64,000 nt of DNA from Eledone cirrhosa (taxonomy: Eukaryota), in NCBI GenBank assembly GCA_964016885.1, contig OZ024740.1, positions 163,618,001 through 163,682,000 of the forward strand, read 5' to 3'. This document shows positions 12,526 through 25,740 of this stretch, piece after piece. Position 1 is the first letter of the stretch, and each line of letters starts with the position of its first letter. The notes beneath the pieces were generated by a model that saw only the letters and a list, made by a program, of their open reading frames with translations, ran no database searches and was not told the origin of the DNA. The translations under genes were made by a program, and so were the position numbers.

Positions 12526-13276
12526 ACACCCCATCCGCCAACAAGTAATCGGTGGGGTTTTTTTTTGCATACGTGCTTATGTTTGCTGTATCCGTGTGCT
12601 ATTTTTGTCCTTTTGACAATACCACGTACGCCTCTGAGGTTGCTTTTGCTATGCGTTATAAATGTTCAATGTCTCTGTTTACCACATTTTTATGTTGCTA
12701 TTACGCTTTGCTATCGGTGTTCCGTAGTTTTAACCTAATTAATCTACTTTTCCCTACATCTTATTTACACATTTTTTTGATATTCCAGCGTGATCTTCCC
12801 AAGGCCGTTTTTGTGGCCACCGACTGTTACATGCTTTTCTATGTTACAATCTCAAATAACAAGCAAAGCAAATACGACAAACCAAAGTGGTGTGAAGTAC
12901 TTCTTAAGGGCCACCACCTCTAATCGGAGTTGTCTTTGCTGACAGCTCTGCCGCTGGGACTTTTAAGATTGAACAATCTAAGGCTCTCTTTAGGGCCACC
13001 AAGTTTAAATTGTTACCATCGGATTCATCTTTGCTGGCAGCACCGCCGCTGAGACTTTTAAGATTGAACGATCCAAGGCCCTCTTCAGGGCCACCAAGTT
13101 TAAATTGTTACCATCGGATTCATCTTTGTTGGCAGCACCGCCGCCGAGATATTTCAAAGTGATATATGGGTGGTGGGTAAAATGATTATTGTGGGTAAAG
13201 TTGTGACTAAAATGATTATTGTGGGTAAAATAATAATTGTGGGTAAAATGGTTGGTAAAATAATTATTGTGGGTAA

Positions 13277-14768
13277 AAAACGGATCCCCCCAAATAAAAA
13301 ACGAAGCCCCCGAATAAAAAACGGTCGCCCAAATGAAAACACGGATCCCCCCAAATAAAAAAGGGCCCCAAATAAAAAAGGAACCCCAAATAAAAAACGG
13401 ATACCCCCAAATAAAAAAACGGACCCCCCCCAAAGAAAAACGGAGCCCCAAATAAAAATCGAATCCCTCCCAAATAAAAAACGGATCCCCCCCCTATAAA
13501 AAACGGATCCCCAAATAAGAAACCGACCCCCCAAAAAAATCGGACCCCAAATAAAACACGGATCCCCAAATAAAAAACGGAGCACCAGATAAAAATAGGA
13601 CCCCAAATAAAAAACGGACCCCCTAAAAAGAAACGGACACCCAAATAAAAAATGGATCCCCCCAAATAAAAACACACCCTCAAATAAAAAACGGATCTCC
13701 CCCAAATAAGAAACGGACCCAAAAATAAAAAAGGGACCCCCCACAAATAAAAAGGGATCCCCCCAAATAAAAACGGATCCCCAAATAAAAAACGGATCCC
13801 CCAAATAAAAAACAGTCTCCCCCCTCAAAAAAACAAATAAATAACGGACCCCCAAATAAAAAACGGAACCCCAAATAAAAAAGGACCCCCAAATAAAAAA
13901 AGGACCCCCAAATAAAATAAAATCCTGCCAAATAAAAAATGGACCGCCACTGCCCCATAAAAAACGAACTCCAAATAAAAAACGGATCCCCCCCCAAAAA
14001 AAAATAAAAGACGAACGCTCCCCCATAAAAAACCAGCCCCAAATAAAAAAAAACCGAAGCCCCCACCCCAACCCCCCAATAAAAAACAGATCCCCCCCCC
14101 CGAAAAAACGAACCTCAAATAGAAAACGGACCCTCAAATAAAAAATGGATCCTCTCCAAATAACAAACGGATCCCCCCCCCCCAATAAAAGACGGACCCC
14201 CTAATAAAAAACGGACAACCCCCCCAAAAAAAAAATAAAAACGGATACTCCCAAATAAAAAACAGACCCCAAATAACAAACGGATCTCCCCCCCCCCCCA
14301 GATAAAAAACGGATCCCCCCAAATAAAAACGGAATCCCCCCCCCAAAAAAAAAATAAAAAACAAACACTCCCCCATAAAAAATTAACCCCAAATAAAAAA
14401 CGGATCCCCCCAAATAAAAAACCGCACCCCAAATAAAAACGGACTCCCCCCCTAAAAAAAAATAACGGATCCCCAAATAAAATCGGATCCCCTCCAAATA
14501 AAAAACAGACCCCAAATAGAAAAAGGGATCCTCCCCCAAATAAAATCGGATCCCCCCCCCAAATAAAAAACGGACCCCTAAATAAAAAACGGACAACCGC
14601 CCCCCTCCCCCCCCCCAAAAAAAACGAATACTCCCAAATAAAAAACAGAATAAATAACAAACAGATCCCCCCCCCCCCCAGATAAAAAAACGGATCCCCC
14701 CAAATAAAAACGGAATGCCCCCCCAAAAAAAAATAAAAAACGAACACTCCCCCATAAAAAACGAACGC
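13277..14768. repeat. ~20-bp minisatellite (CGGATCCCCCAAATAAAAAA)n; also about 17680-19178, 22090-23582, 26490-28128
   Basis: Direct reading; preceded in each unit by 96-bp repeats and GTGGGTAAAAT repeats. Confidence 0.97.
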
Positions 14769-16432
14769 CAACGAAGCGAGACGTATTGCTTATAAAGGAA
14801 GGTGAACACATGAACATTTACTTGAACTTATCAAGGGGACCCAGGGGGGGGGGGGCGTAAGCCCATCGACTTATCTATTGAAGTTCACATTAACACTGTA
14901 TTAGTACCTGATAACTTTTGAAGTTTACGTTCGATCTTCGTTTTCACTTTCAAAACAACAATCATCGTCGGATGAAATTTCAGAAATGTACACGTCTAAT
15001 TCATTTGAAGATAAATCACTAATATTATCTTTTGTTTCTTGTTTATTTTGAATGTCGTCGTGTGTAAAAACTTCAAAGTTGGTATCGCTACTTTCATAAG
15101 CCATGTTGATACAAACAAAAAATCTGTTCTACTTTCAACGTTAAAAAACACGTGTTGTTTTAAGTTGTTTCACTATATTAAGTGTTAATTTTTGCGGTAA
15201 GGGCCTAATCTCGAATTGACGAGATTTTGATGACGGTATTGTTTATTTTTAGAACGATATTTAAGTGTGGGTGTTACGGCCGGTTTGAATAAATGAAAGG
15301 GAAATTATTTCGGCCGGTTTGAACACTGAAGGGTTAAAGGAGGTTTAGTTAATGTGTTTATGGTCATAAGGTTCCAGTTTATCATGCTCTGATTTTTCGG
15401 CCATTTTTGCTTGTATCCTTTCAATGGTTAGTACTTACTTATTGCTATGTTCGAACTGAACAAACATACTGACACTTATATACCTACCACTGTAGCCACA
15501 CAATTTAATTTCCTTTATCACAGTTAGTCCGTACGCTGCGTTGCCCCTAACTTAAAACCTGAAATTTGACTGGTACACAAAATCTTGCAAAAAATACCCA
15601 CTTTCTCAGACCACATAGATTTATCATTTTTTCACAATTTATATCCATGTTTATATTTGCTTACTTAAACATTATTTGTCCACTATTTATCGTCTCCCTG
15701 GTTAATTTTCAAAAAACAATCCCCCCTCCCTTCCCACCCCAGAAAAGAACTTTCATTGGTCGATTATTTAATGATGCAAGTAGGTCTAAGCGAAGGCGTC
15801 TCACCGAAGGCGTCTCACCGAAGATGTAAATGCGACTGCGATCAGGCTCTCGCAGAACGCTGTGTAGACGACAGCTGCAAGAACGGAGGATGACAGACGG
15901 CGTGAACTTCGACGCAACAAAGATGCTGCCGCGACTGCTGCTACTCGCGCGCGAGAGGATGGGGACAACGCGCCGTTCGATGAAGCAGGGACACACTGCA
16001 ACATCCGCTGCTCGTGCTCGAGAGGATGAAGGATGACACGCCGTTCGACGAAGTAGGGACGCCATTGCGCGCGCTCGAGAGGATGAAGGACGGCGCGCCG
16101 TTCGGTGAAGCAGGGACGCCACTGCAACATCCGCTGCTCGTGCTCGAGAGGATGAAGGACGACGCGCCGTTTCGTGAAGCAGGGCCGCCTCTGCAACAGC
16201 CGCTGCTCGTGCTCGAGAGGATGAAGGACGACGAAGCAGGGACGCCGCTGCCACTGTTGCTGCACGAAATACTGAAACTATAGAGCAACGACGTGGCCGA
16301 CTTCTGCAAAGTGAACAGCGGCGATCATCGTTACGTGGCATTTCTAGGACTTGCAATTCACGATGGTCGTTGAAGGTCTTTAACTACGACCCCTCCTCCG
16401 ACTACGCTGTGCTTCCCTAGAAACCTGCACGT

Positions 16433-16928
16433 CTACAAGTCCCTTGACTCTATGGCTGATCCCACAGAATTTCTTAACTCCCTAGACCCTCTCGGATTGC
16501 CACCACACTTACTGTGACTTAAGAAATGTGCCCCTGTTATGCTCCTCAGGAATTTGGAACTCCAAAGGCTTTCCAACAGCACGCGTCTGGTCGTCCAAAA
16601 GGCGATGCCTCATGTTATTGAGGCAACAATACTTACAGGATGTGGTAAGGGGGATACTGTCTTCATACCAAGGATACCTCTCATTCCATCCGGTAAAGAC
16701 ATTACTTTCACATTCAGAAGGCTGAAATTCCCTCTCCGGCTCAGTTTCGTCATGTCGATTAACAAATCACAGGGTCAGACGCTGACGGTCGTAGGGCTTA
16801 ATTTAGAACCGTGTTTCTTCCATGGTCAACTATATGTTGGCTGCTCTCAAGTGGGGAGCCGACATAACCTATTTTCTTTTGCAACTCACGCGAAAACCCA
16901 AAATATAGTCTATAAGGAAGGTTTTTAG
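16433..16928 (+). pseudogene. Helitron Pif1-like helicase C-terminus (unit 2)
   Basis: Same ORF as unit 1. Confidence 0.95.
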
Positions 16929-19900
16929 ACACCCCATCCGCCAACAAGTAATCGGTGGGGTTTTTTTTTGCATACGTGCTTATGTTTGCTGTATCCGTGT
17001 GCTATTTTTGTCCTTTTGACAATACCACGTACGCCTCTGAGGTTGCTTTTGCTATGCGTTATAAATGTTCAATGTCTCTGTTTACCACATTTTTATGTTG
17101 CTATTACGCTTTGCTATCGGTGTTCCGTAGTTTTAACCTAATTAATCTACTTTTCCCTACATCTTATTTACACATTTTTTTGATATTCCAGCGTGATCTT
17201 CCCAAGGCCGTTTTTGTGGCCACCGACTGTTACATGCTTTTCTATGTTACAATCTCAAATAACAAGCAAAGCAAATACGACAAACCAAAGTGGTGTGAAG
17301 TACTTCTTAAGGGCCACCACCTCTAATCGGAGTTGTCTTTGCTGACAGCTCTGCCGCTGGGACTTTTAAGATTGAACAATCTAAGGCTCTCTTTAGGGCC
17401 ACCAAGTTTAAATTGTTACCATCGGATTCATCTTTGCTGGCAGCTCCGCCGCTGAGACTTTTAAGATTGAACGATCCAAGGCCCTCTTCAGGGCCACCAA
17501 GTTTAAATTGTTACCATCGGATTCATCTTTGTTGGCAGCACCGCCGCCGAGATATTTCAAAGTGATATATGGGTGGTGGGTAAAATGATTATTGTGGGTA
17601 AAGTTGTGACTAAAATGATTATTGTGGGTAAAATAATAATTGTGGGTAAAATGGTTGGTAAAATAATTATTGTGGGTAAAAAACGGATCCCCCCAAATAA
17701 AAAACGAAGCCCCCGAATAAAAAACGGTCGCCCAAATGAAAACACGGATCCCCCCAAATAAAAAAGGGCCCCAAATAAAAAAGGAACCCCAAATAAAAAA
17801 CGGATACCCCCAAATAAAAAAACGGACCCCCCCCCAAAGAAAAACGGAGCCCCAAATAAAAATCGAATCCCTCCCAAATAAAAAACGGATCCCCCCCTAT
17901 AAAAAACGGATCCCCAAATAAGAAACCGACCCCCCAAAAAAATCGGACCCCAAATAAAACACGGATCCCCAAATAAAAAACGGAGCACCAGATAAAAATA
18001 GGACCCCAAATAAAAAACGGACCCCCTAAAAAGAAACGGACACCCAAATAAAAAATGGATCCCCCCAAATAAAAACACACCCTCAAATAAAAAACGGATC
18101 TCCCCCAAATAAGAAACGGACCCAAAAATAAAAAAGGGACCCCCCACAAATAAAAAGGGATCCCCCCAAATAAAAACGGATCCCCAAATAAAAAACGGAT
18201 CCCCCAAATAAAAAACAGTCTCCCCCCTCAAAAAAACAAATAAATAACGGACCCCCAAATAAAAAACGGAACCCCAAATAAAAAAGGACCCCCAAATAAA
18301 AAAAGGACCCCCAAATAAAATAAAATCCTGCCAAATAAAAAATGGACCGCCACTGCCCCATAAAAAACGAACTCCAAATAAAAAACGGATCCCCCCCCAA
18401 AAAAAAATAAAAGACGAACGCTCCCCCATAAAAAACCAGCCCCAAATAAAAAAAAACCGAAGCCCCCACCCCAACCCCCCAATAAAAAACAGATCCCCCC
18501 CCCCGAAAAAACGAACCTCAAATAGAAAACGGACCCTCAAATAAAAAATGGATCCTCTCCAAATAACAAACGGATCCCCCCCCCCCAATAAAAGACGGAC
18601 CCCCTAATAAAAAACGGACAACCCCCCCAAAAAAAAAATAAAAACGGATACTCCCAAATAAAAAACAGACCCCAAATAACAAACGGATCTCCCCCCCCCC
18701 CCAGATAAAAAACGGATCCCCCCAAATAAAAACGGAATCCCCCCCCTCAAAAAAAAAATAAAAAACAAACACTCCCCCATAAAAAATTAACCCCAAATAA
18801 AAAACGGATCCCCCCAAATAAAAAACCGCACCCCAAATAAAAACGGACTCCCCCCCTAAAAAAAAATAACGGATCCCCAAATAAAATCGGATCCCCTCCA
18901 AATAAAAAACAGACCCCAAATAGAAAAAGGGATCCTCCCCCAAATAAAATCGGATCCCCCCCCCCCCAAATAAAAAACGGACCCCTAAATAAAAAACGGA
19001 CAACCGCCCCCCTCCCCCCCCCAAAAAAAAAACGAATACTCCCAAATAAAAAACAGACAATAAATAACAAACAGATCCCCCCCCCCCCCAGATAAAAAAA
19101 CGGATCCCCCCAAATAAAAACGGAATGCCCCCCCAAAAAAAAATAAAAAACGAACACTCCCCCATAAAAAACGAACGCCAACGAAGCGAGACGTATTGCT
19201 TATAAAGGAAGGTGAACACATGAACATTTACTTGAACTTATCAAGGGGACCCAGGGGGGGGGGGCGTAAGCCCATCGACTTATCTATTGAAGTTCACATT
19301 AACACTGTATTAGTACCTGATAACTTTTGAAGTTTACGTTCGATCTTCGTTTTCACTTTCAAAACAACAATCATCGTCGGATGAAATTTCAGAAATGTAC
19401 ACGTCTAATTCATTTGAAGATAAATCACTAATATTATCTTTTGTTTCTTGTTTATTTTGAATGTCGTCGTGTGTAAAAACTTCAAAGTTGGTATCGCTAC
19501 TTTCATAAGCCATGTTGATACAAACAAAAAATCTGTTCTACTTTCAACGTTAAAAAACACGTGTTGTTTTAAGTTGTTTCACTATATTAAGTGTTAATTT
19601 TTGCGGTAAGGGCCTAATCTCGAATTGACGAGATTTTGATGACGGTATTGTTTATTTTTAGAACGATATTTAAGTGTGGGTGTTACGGCCGGTTTGAATA
19701 AATGAAAGGGAAATTATTTCGGCCGGTTTGAACACTGAAGGGTTAAAGGAGGTTTAGTTAATGTGTTTATGGTCATAAGGTTCCAGTTTATCATGCTCTG
19801 ATTTTTCGGCCATTTTTGCTTGTATCCTTTCAATGGTTAGTACTTACTTATTGCTATGTTCGAACTGAACAAACATACTGACACTTATATACCTACCACT

Positions 19901-20841
19901 GTAGCCACACAATTTAATTTCCTTTATCACAGTTAGTCCGTACGCTGCGTTGCCCCTAACTTAAAACCTGAAATTTGACTGGTACACAAAATCTTGCAAA
20001 AAATACCCACTTTCTCAGACCACATAGATTTATCATTTTTTCACAATTTATATCCATGTTTATATTTGCTTACTTAAACATTATTTGTCCACTATTTATC
20101 GTCTCCCTGGTTAATTTTCAAAAAACAATCCCCCCTCCCTTCCCACCCCAGAAAAGAACTTTCATTGGTCGATTATTTAATGATGCAAGTAGGTCTAAGC
20201 GAAGGCGTCTCACCGAAGGCGTCTCACCGAAGATGTAAATGCGACTGCGATCAGGCTCTCGCAGAACGCTGTGTAGACGACAGCTGCAAGAACGGAGGAT
20301 GACAGACGGCGTGAACTTCGACGCAACAAAGATGCTGCCGCGACTGCTGCTACTCGCGCGCGAGAGGATGGGGACAACGCGCCGTTCGATGAAGCAGGGA
20401 CACACTGCAACATCCGCTGCTCGTGCTCGAGAGGATGAAGGATGACACGCCGTTCGACGAAGTAGGGACGCCATTGCGCGCGCTCGAGAGGATGAAGGAC
20501 GGCGCGCCGTTCGGTGAAGCAGGGACGCCACTGCAACATCCGCTGCTCGTGCTCGAGAGGATGAAGGACGACGCGCCGTTTCGTGAAGCAGGGCCGCCTC
20601 TGCAACAGCCGCTGCTCGTGCTCGAGAGGATGAAGGACGACGAAGCAGGGACGCCGCTGCCACTGTTGCTGCACGAAATACTGAAACTATAGAGCAACGA
20701 CGTGGCCGACTTCTGCAAAGTGAACAGCGGCGATCATCGTTACGTGGCATTTCTAGGACTTGCAATTCACGATGGTCGTTGAAGGTCTTTAACTACGACC
20801 CCTCCTCCGACTACGCTGTGCTTCCCTAGAAACCTGCACGT

Positions 20842-21337
20842 CTACAAGTCCCTTGACTCTATGGCTGATCCCACAGAATTTCTGAACTCCCTAGACCCTC
20901 TCGGATTGCCACCACACATACTGTGACTTAAGAAAGGTGCCCCTGTTATGCTCCTCAGGAATTTGGAACTCCAAAGGCTTTCCAACAGCACGCGTCTGGT
21001 CGTCCAAAAGGCGATGCCTCATGTTATTGAGGCAACAATACTTACAGGATGTGGTAAGGGGGATACTGTCTTCATACCAAGGATACCTCTCATTCCATCC
21101 GGTAAAGACATTACTTTCACATTCAGAAGGCTGAAATTCCCTCTCCGGCTCAGTTTCGTCATGTCGATTAACAAATCACAGGGTCAGACGCTGACGGTCG
21201 TAGGGCTTAATTTAGAACCGTGTTTCTTCCATGGTCAACTATATGTTGGCTGCTCTCAAGTGGGGAGCCGACATAACCTATTTTCTTTTGCAACTCACGC
21301 GAAAACCCAAAATATAGTCTATAAGGAAGTTTTTTAG
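20842..21337 (+). pseudogene. Helitron Pif1-like helicase C-terminus (unit 3)
   Basis: Same ORF, ends KEVF. Confidence 0.95.
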
Positions 21338-24300
21338 ACACCCCATCCGCCAACAAGTAATCGGTGGGGTTTTTTTTTGCATACGTGCTTATGTTTGCTG
21401 TATCCGTGTGCTATTTTTGTCCTTTTGACAATACCACGTACGCCTCTGAGGTTGCTTTTGCTATGCGTTATAAATGTTCAATGTCTCTGTTTACCACATT
21501 TTTATGTTGCTATTACGCTTTGCTATCGGTGTTCCGTAGTTTTAACCTAATTAATCTACTTTTCCCTACATCTTATTTACACATTTTTTTGATATTCCAG
21601 CGTGATCTTCCCAAGGCCGTTTTTGTGGCCACCGACTGTTACATGCTTTTCTATGTTACAATCTCAAATAACAAGCAAAGCAAATACGACAAACCAAAGT
21701 GGTGTGAAGTACTTCTTAAGGGCCACCACCTCTAATCGGAGTTGTCTTTGCTGACAGCTCTGCCGCTGGGACTTTTAAGATTGAACAATCTAAGGCTCTC
21801 TTTAGGGCCACCAAGTTTAAATTGTTACCATCGGATTCATCTTTGCTGGCAGCACCGCCGCTGAGACTTTTAAGATTGAACGATCCAAGGCCCTCTTCAG
21901 GGCCACCAAGTTTAAATTGTTACCATCGGATTCATCTTTGTTGGCAGCACCGCCGCCGAGATATTTCAAAGTGATATATGGGTGGTGGGTAAAATGATTA
22001 TTGTGGGTAAAGTTGTGACTAAAATGATTATTGTGGGTAAAATAATAATTGTGGGTAAAATGGTTGGTAAAATAATTATTGTGGGTAAAAAACGGATCCC
22101 CCCCAAATAAAAAACGAAGCCCCCGAATAAAAAACGGTCGCCCAAATGAAAACACGGATCCCCCCAAATAAAAAAGGGCCCCAAATAAAAAAGGAACCCC
22201 AAATAAAAAACGGATACCCCCAAATAAAAAAACGGACCCCCCCCCCCAAAGAAAAACGGAGCCCCAAATAAAAATCGAATCCCTCCCAAATAAAAAACGG
22301 ATCCCCCCCTATAAAAAACGGATCCCCAAATAAGAAACCGACCCCCCAAAAAAATCGGACCCCAAATAAAACACGGATCCCCAAATAAAAAACGGAGCAC
22401 CAGATAAAAATAGGACCCCAAATAAAAAACGGACCCCCTAAAAAGAAACGGACACCCAAATAAAAAATGGATCCCCCCAAATAAAAACACACCCTCAAAT
22501 AAAAAACGGATCTCCCCCAAATAAGAAACGGACCCAAAAATAAAAAAGGGACCCCCCACAAATAAAAAGGGATCCCCCCAAATAAAAACGGATCCCCAAA
22601 TAAAAAACGGATCCCCCAAATAAAAAACAGTCTCCCCCCTCAAAAAAACAAATAAATAACGGACCCCCAAATAAAAAACGGAACCCCAAATAAAAAAGGA
22701 CCCCCAAATAAAAAAAGGACCCCCAAATAAAATAAAATCCTGCCAAATAAAAAATGGACCGCCACTGCCCCATAAAAAACGAACTCCAAATAAAAAACGG
22801 ATCCCCCCCCAAAAAAAAATAAAAGACGAACGCTCCCCCATAAAAAACCAGCCCCAAATAAAAAAAAACCGAAGCCCCCACCCCAACCCCCCAATAAAAA
22901 ACAGATCCCCCCCCCGAAAAAACGAACCTCAAATAGAAAACGGACCCTCAAATAAAAAATGGATCCTCTCCAAATAACAAACGGATCCCCCCCCCCAATA
23001 AAAGACGGACCCCTAATAAAAAACGGACAACCCCCCCAAAAAAAAATAAAAACGGATACTCCCAAATAAAAAACAGACCCCAAATAACAAACGGATCTCT
23101 CCCCCCCCCCCCAGATAAAAAACGGATCCCCCCAAATAAAAACGGAATCCCCCCCCCCAAAAAAAAAATAAAAAACAAACACTCCCCCATAAAAAAATAA
23201 CCCCAAATAAAAAACGGATCCCCCCAAATAAAAAACCGCACCCCAAATAAAAACGGACTCCCCCCCTAAAAAAAATAACGGATCCCCAAATAAAATCGGA
23301 TCCCCTCCAAATAAAAAACAGACCCCAAATAGAAAAAGGGATCCTCCCCCAAATAAAATCGGATCCCCCCCCCAAATAAAAAACGGACCCCTAAATAAAA
23401 AACGGACAACCGCCCCCCTCCCCCCCCCAAAAAAAAACGAATACTCCCAAATAAAAAACAGACAATAAATAACAAACAGATCCCCCCCCCCCCAGATAAA
23501 AAAACGGATCCCCCCAAATAAAAACGGAATGCCCCCCCAAAAAAAAATAAAAAACGAACACTCCCCCATAAAAAACGAACGCCAACGAAGCGAGACGTAT
23601 TGCTTATAAAGGAAGGTGAACACATGAACATTTACTTGAACTTATCAAGGGGACCCAGGGGGGGGGGCGTAAGCCCATCGACTTATCTATTGAAGTTCAC
23701 ATTAACACTGTATTAGTACCTGATAACTTTTGAAGTTTACGTTCGATCTTCGTTTTCACTTTCAAAACAACAATCATCGTCGGATGAAATTTCAGAAATG
23801 TACACGTCTAATTCATTTGAAGATAAATCACTAATATTATCTTTTGTTTCTTGTTTATTTTGAATGTCGTCGTGTGTAAAAACTTCAAAGTTGGTATCGC
23901 TACTTTCATAAGCCATGTTGATACAAACAAAAAATCTGTTCTACTTTCAACGTTAAAAAACACGTGTTGTTTTAAGTTGTTTCACTATATTAAGTGTTAA
24001 TTTTTGCGGTAAGGGCCTAATCTCGAATTGACGAGATTTTGATGACGGTATTGTTTATTTTTAGAACGATATTTAAGTGTGGGTGTTACGGCCGGTTTGA
24101 ATAAATGAAAGGGAAATTATTTCGGCCGGTTTGAACACTGAAGGGTTAAAGGAGGTTTAGTTAATGTGTTTATGGTCATAAGGTTCCAGTTTATCATGCT
24201 CTGATTTTTCGGCCATTTTTGCTTGTATCCTTTCAATGGTTAGTACTTACTTATTGCTATGTTCGAACTGAACAAACATACTGACACTTATATACCTACC

Positions 24301-25244
24301 ACTGTAGCCACACAATTTAATTTCCTTTATCACAGTTAGTCCGTACGCTGCGTTGCCCCTAACTTAAAACCTGAAATTTGACTGGTACACAAAATCTTGC
24401 AAAAAATACCCACTTTCTCAGACCACATAGATTTATCATTTTTTCACAATTTATATCCATGTTTATATTTGCTTACTTAAACATTATTTGTCCACTATTT
24501 ATCGTCTCCCTGGTTAATTTTCAAAAAACAATCCCCCCTCCCTTCCCACCCCAGAAAAGAACTTTCATTGGTCGATTATTTAATGATGCAAGTAGGTCTA
24601 AGCGAAGGCGTCTCACCGAAGGCGTCTCACCGAAGATGTAAATGCGACTGCGATCAGGCTCTCGCAGAACGCTGTGTAGACGACAGCTGCAAGAACGGAG
24701 GATGACAGACGGCGTGAACTTCGACGCAACAAAGATGCTGCCGCGACTGCTGCTACTCGCGCGCGAGAGGATGGGGACAACGCGCCGTTCGATGAAGCAG
24801 GGACACACTGCAACATCCGCTGCTCGTGCTCGAGAGGATGAAGGATGACACGCCGTTCGACGAAGTAGGGACGCCATTGCGCGCGCTCGAGAGGATGAAG
24901 GACGGCGCGCCGTTCGGTGAAGCAGGGACGCCACTGCAACATCCGCTGCTCGTGCTCGAGAGGATGAAGGACGACGCGCCGTTTCGTGAAGCAGGGCCGC
25001 CTCTGCAACAGCCGCTGCTCGTGCTCGAGAGGATGAAGGACGACGAAGCAGGGACGCCGCTGCCACTGTTGCTGCACGAAATACTGAAACTATAGAGCAA
25101 CGACGTGGCCGACTTCTGCAAAGTGAACAGCGGCGATCATCGTTACGTGGCATTTCTAGGACTTGCAATTCACGATGGTCGTTGAAGGTCTTTAACTACG
25201 ACCCCTCCTCCGACTACGCTGTGCTTCCCTAGAAACCTGCACGT

Positions 25245-25740
25245 CTACAAGTCCCTTGACTCTATGGCTGATCCCACAGAATTTCTGAACTCCCTAGACC
25301 CTCTCGGATTGCCACCACACATACTGTGACTTAAGAAAGGTGCCCCTGTTATGCTCCTCAGGAATTTGGAACTCCAAAGGCTTTCTAACAGCACGCGTCT
25401 GGTCGTCCAAAAGGCGATGCCTCATGTTATTGAGGCAACAATACTTACAGGATGTGGTAAGGGGGATACTGTCTTCATACCAAGGATACCTCTCATTCCA
25501 TCCGGTAAAGACATTACTTTCACATTCAGAAGGCTGAAATTCCCTCTCCGGCTCAGTTTCGTCATGTCGATTAACAAATCACAGGGTCAGACGCTGACGG
25601 TCGTAGGGCTTAATTTAGAACCGTGTTTCTTCCATGGTCAACTATATGTTGGCTGCTCTCAAGTGGGGAGCCGACATAACCTATTTGCTTTTGCAACTCA
25701 CGCGAAAACCCAAAATATAGTCTATAAGGAAGTTTTTTAG
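25245..25740 (+). pseudogene. Helitron Pif1-like helicase C-terminus (unit 4)
   Basis: Same ORF, LFAF variant. Confidence 0.95.
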
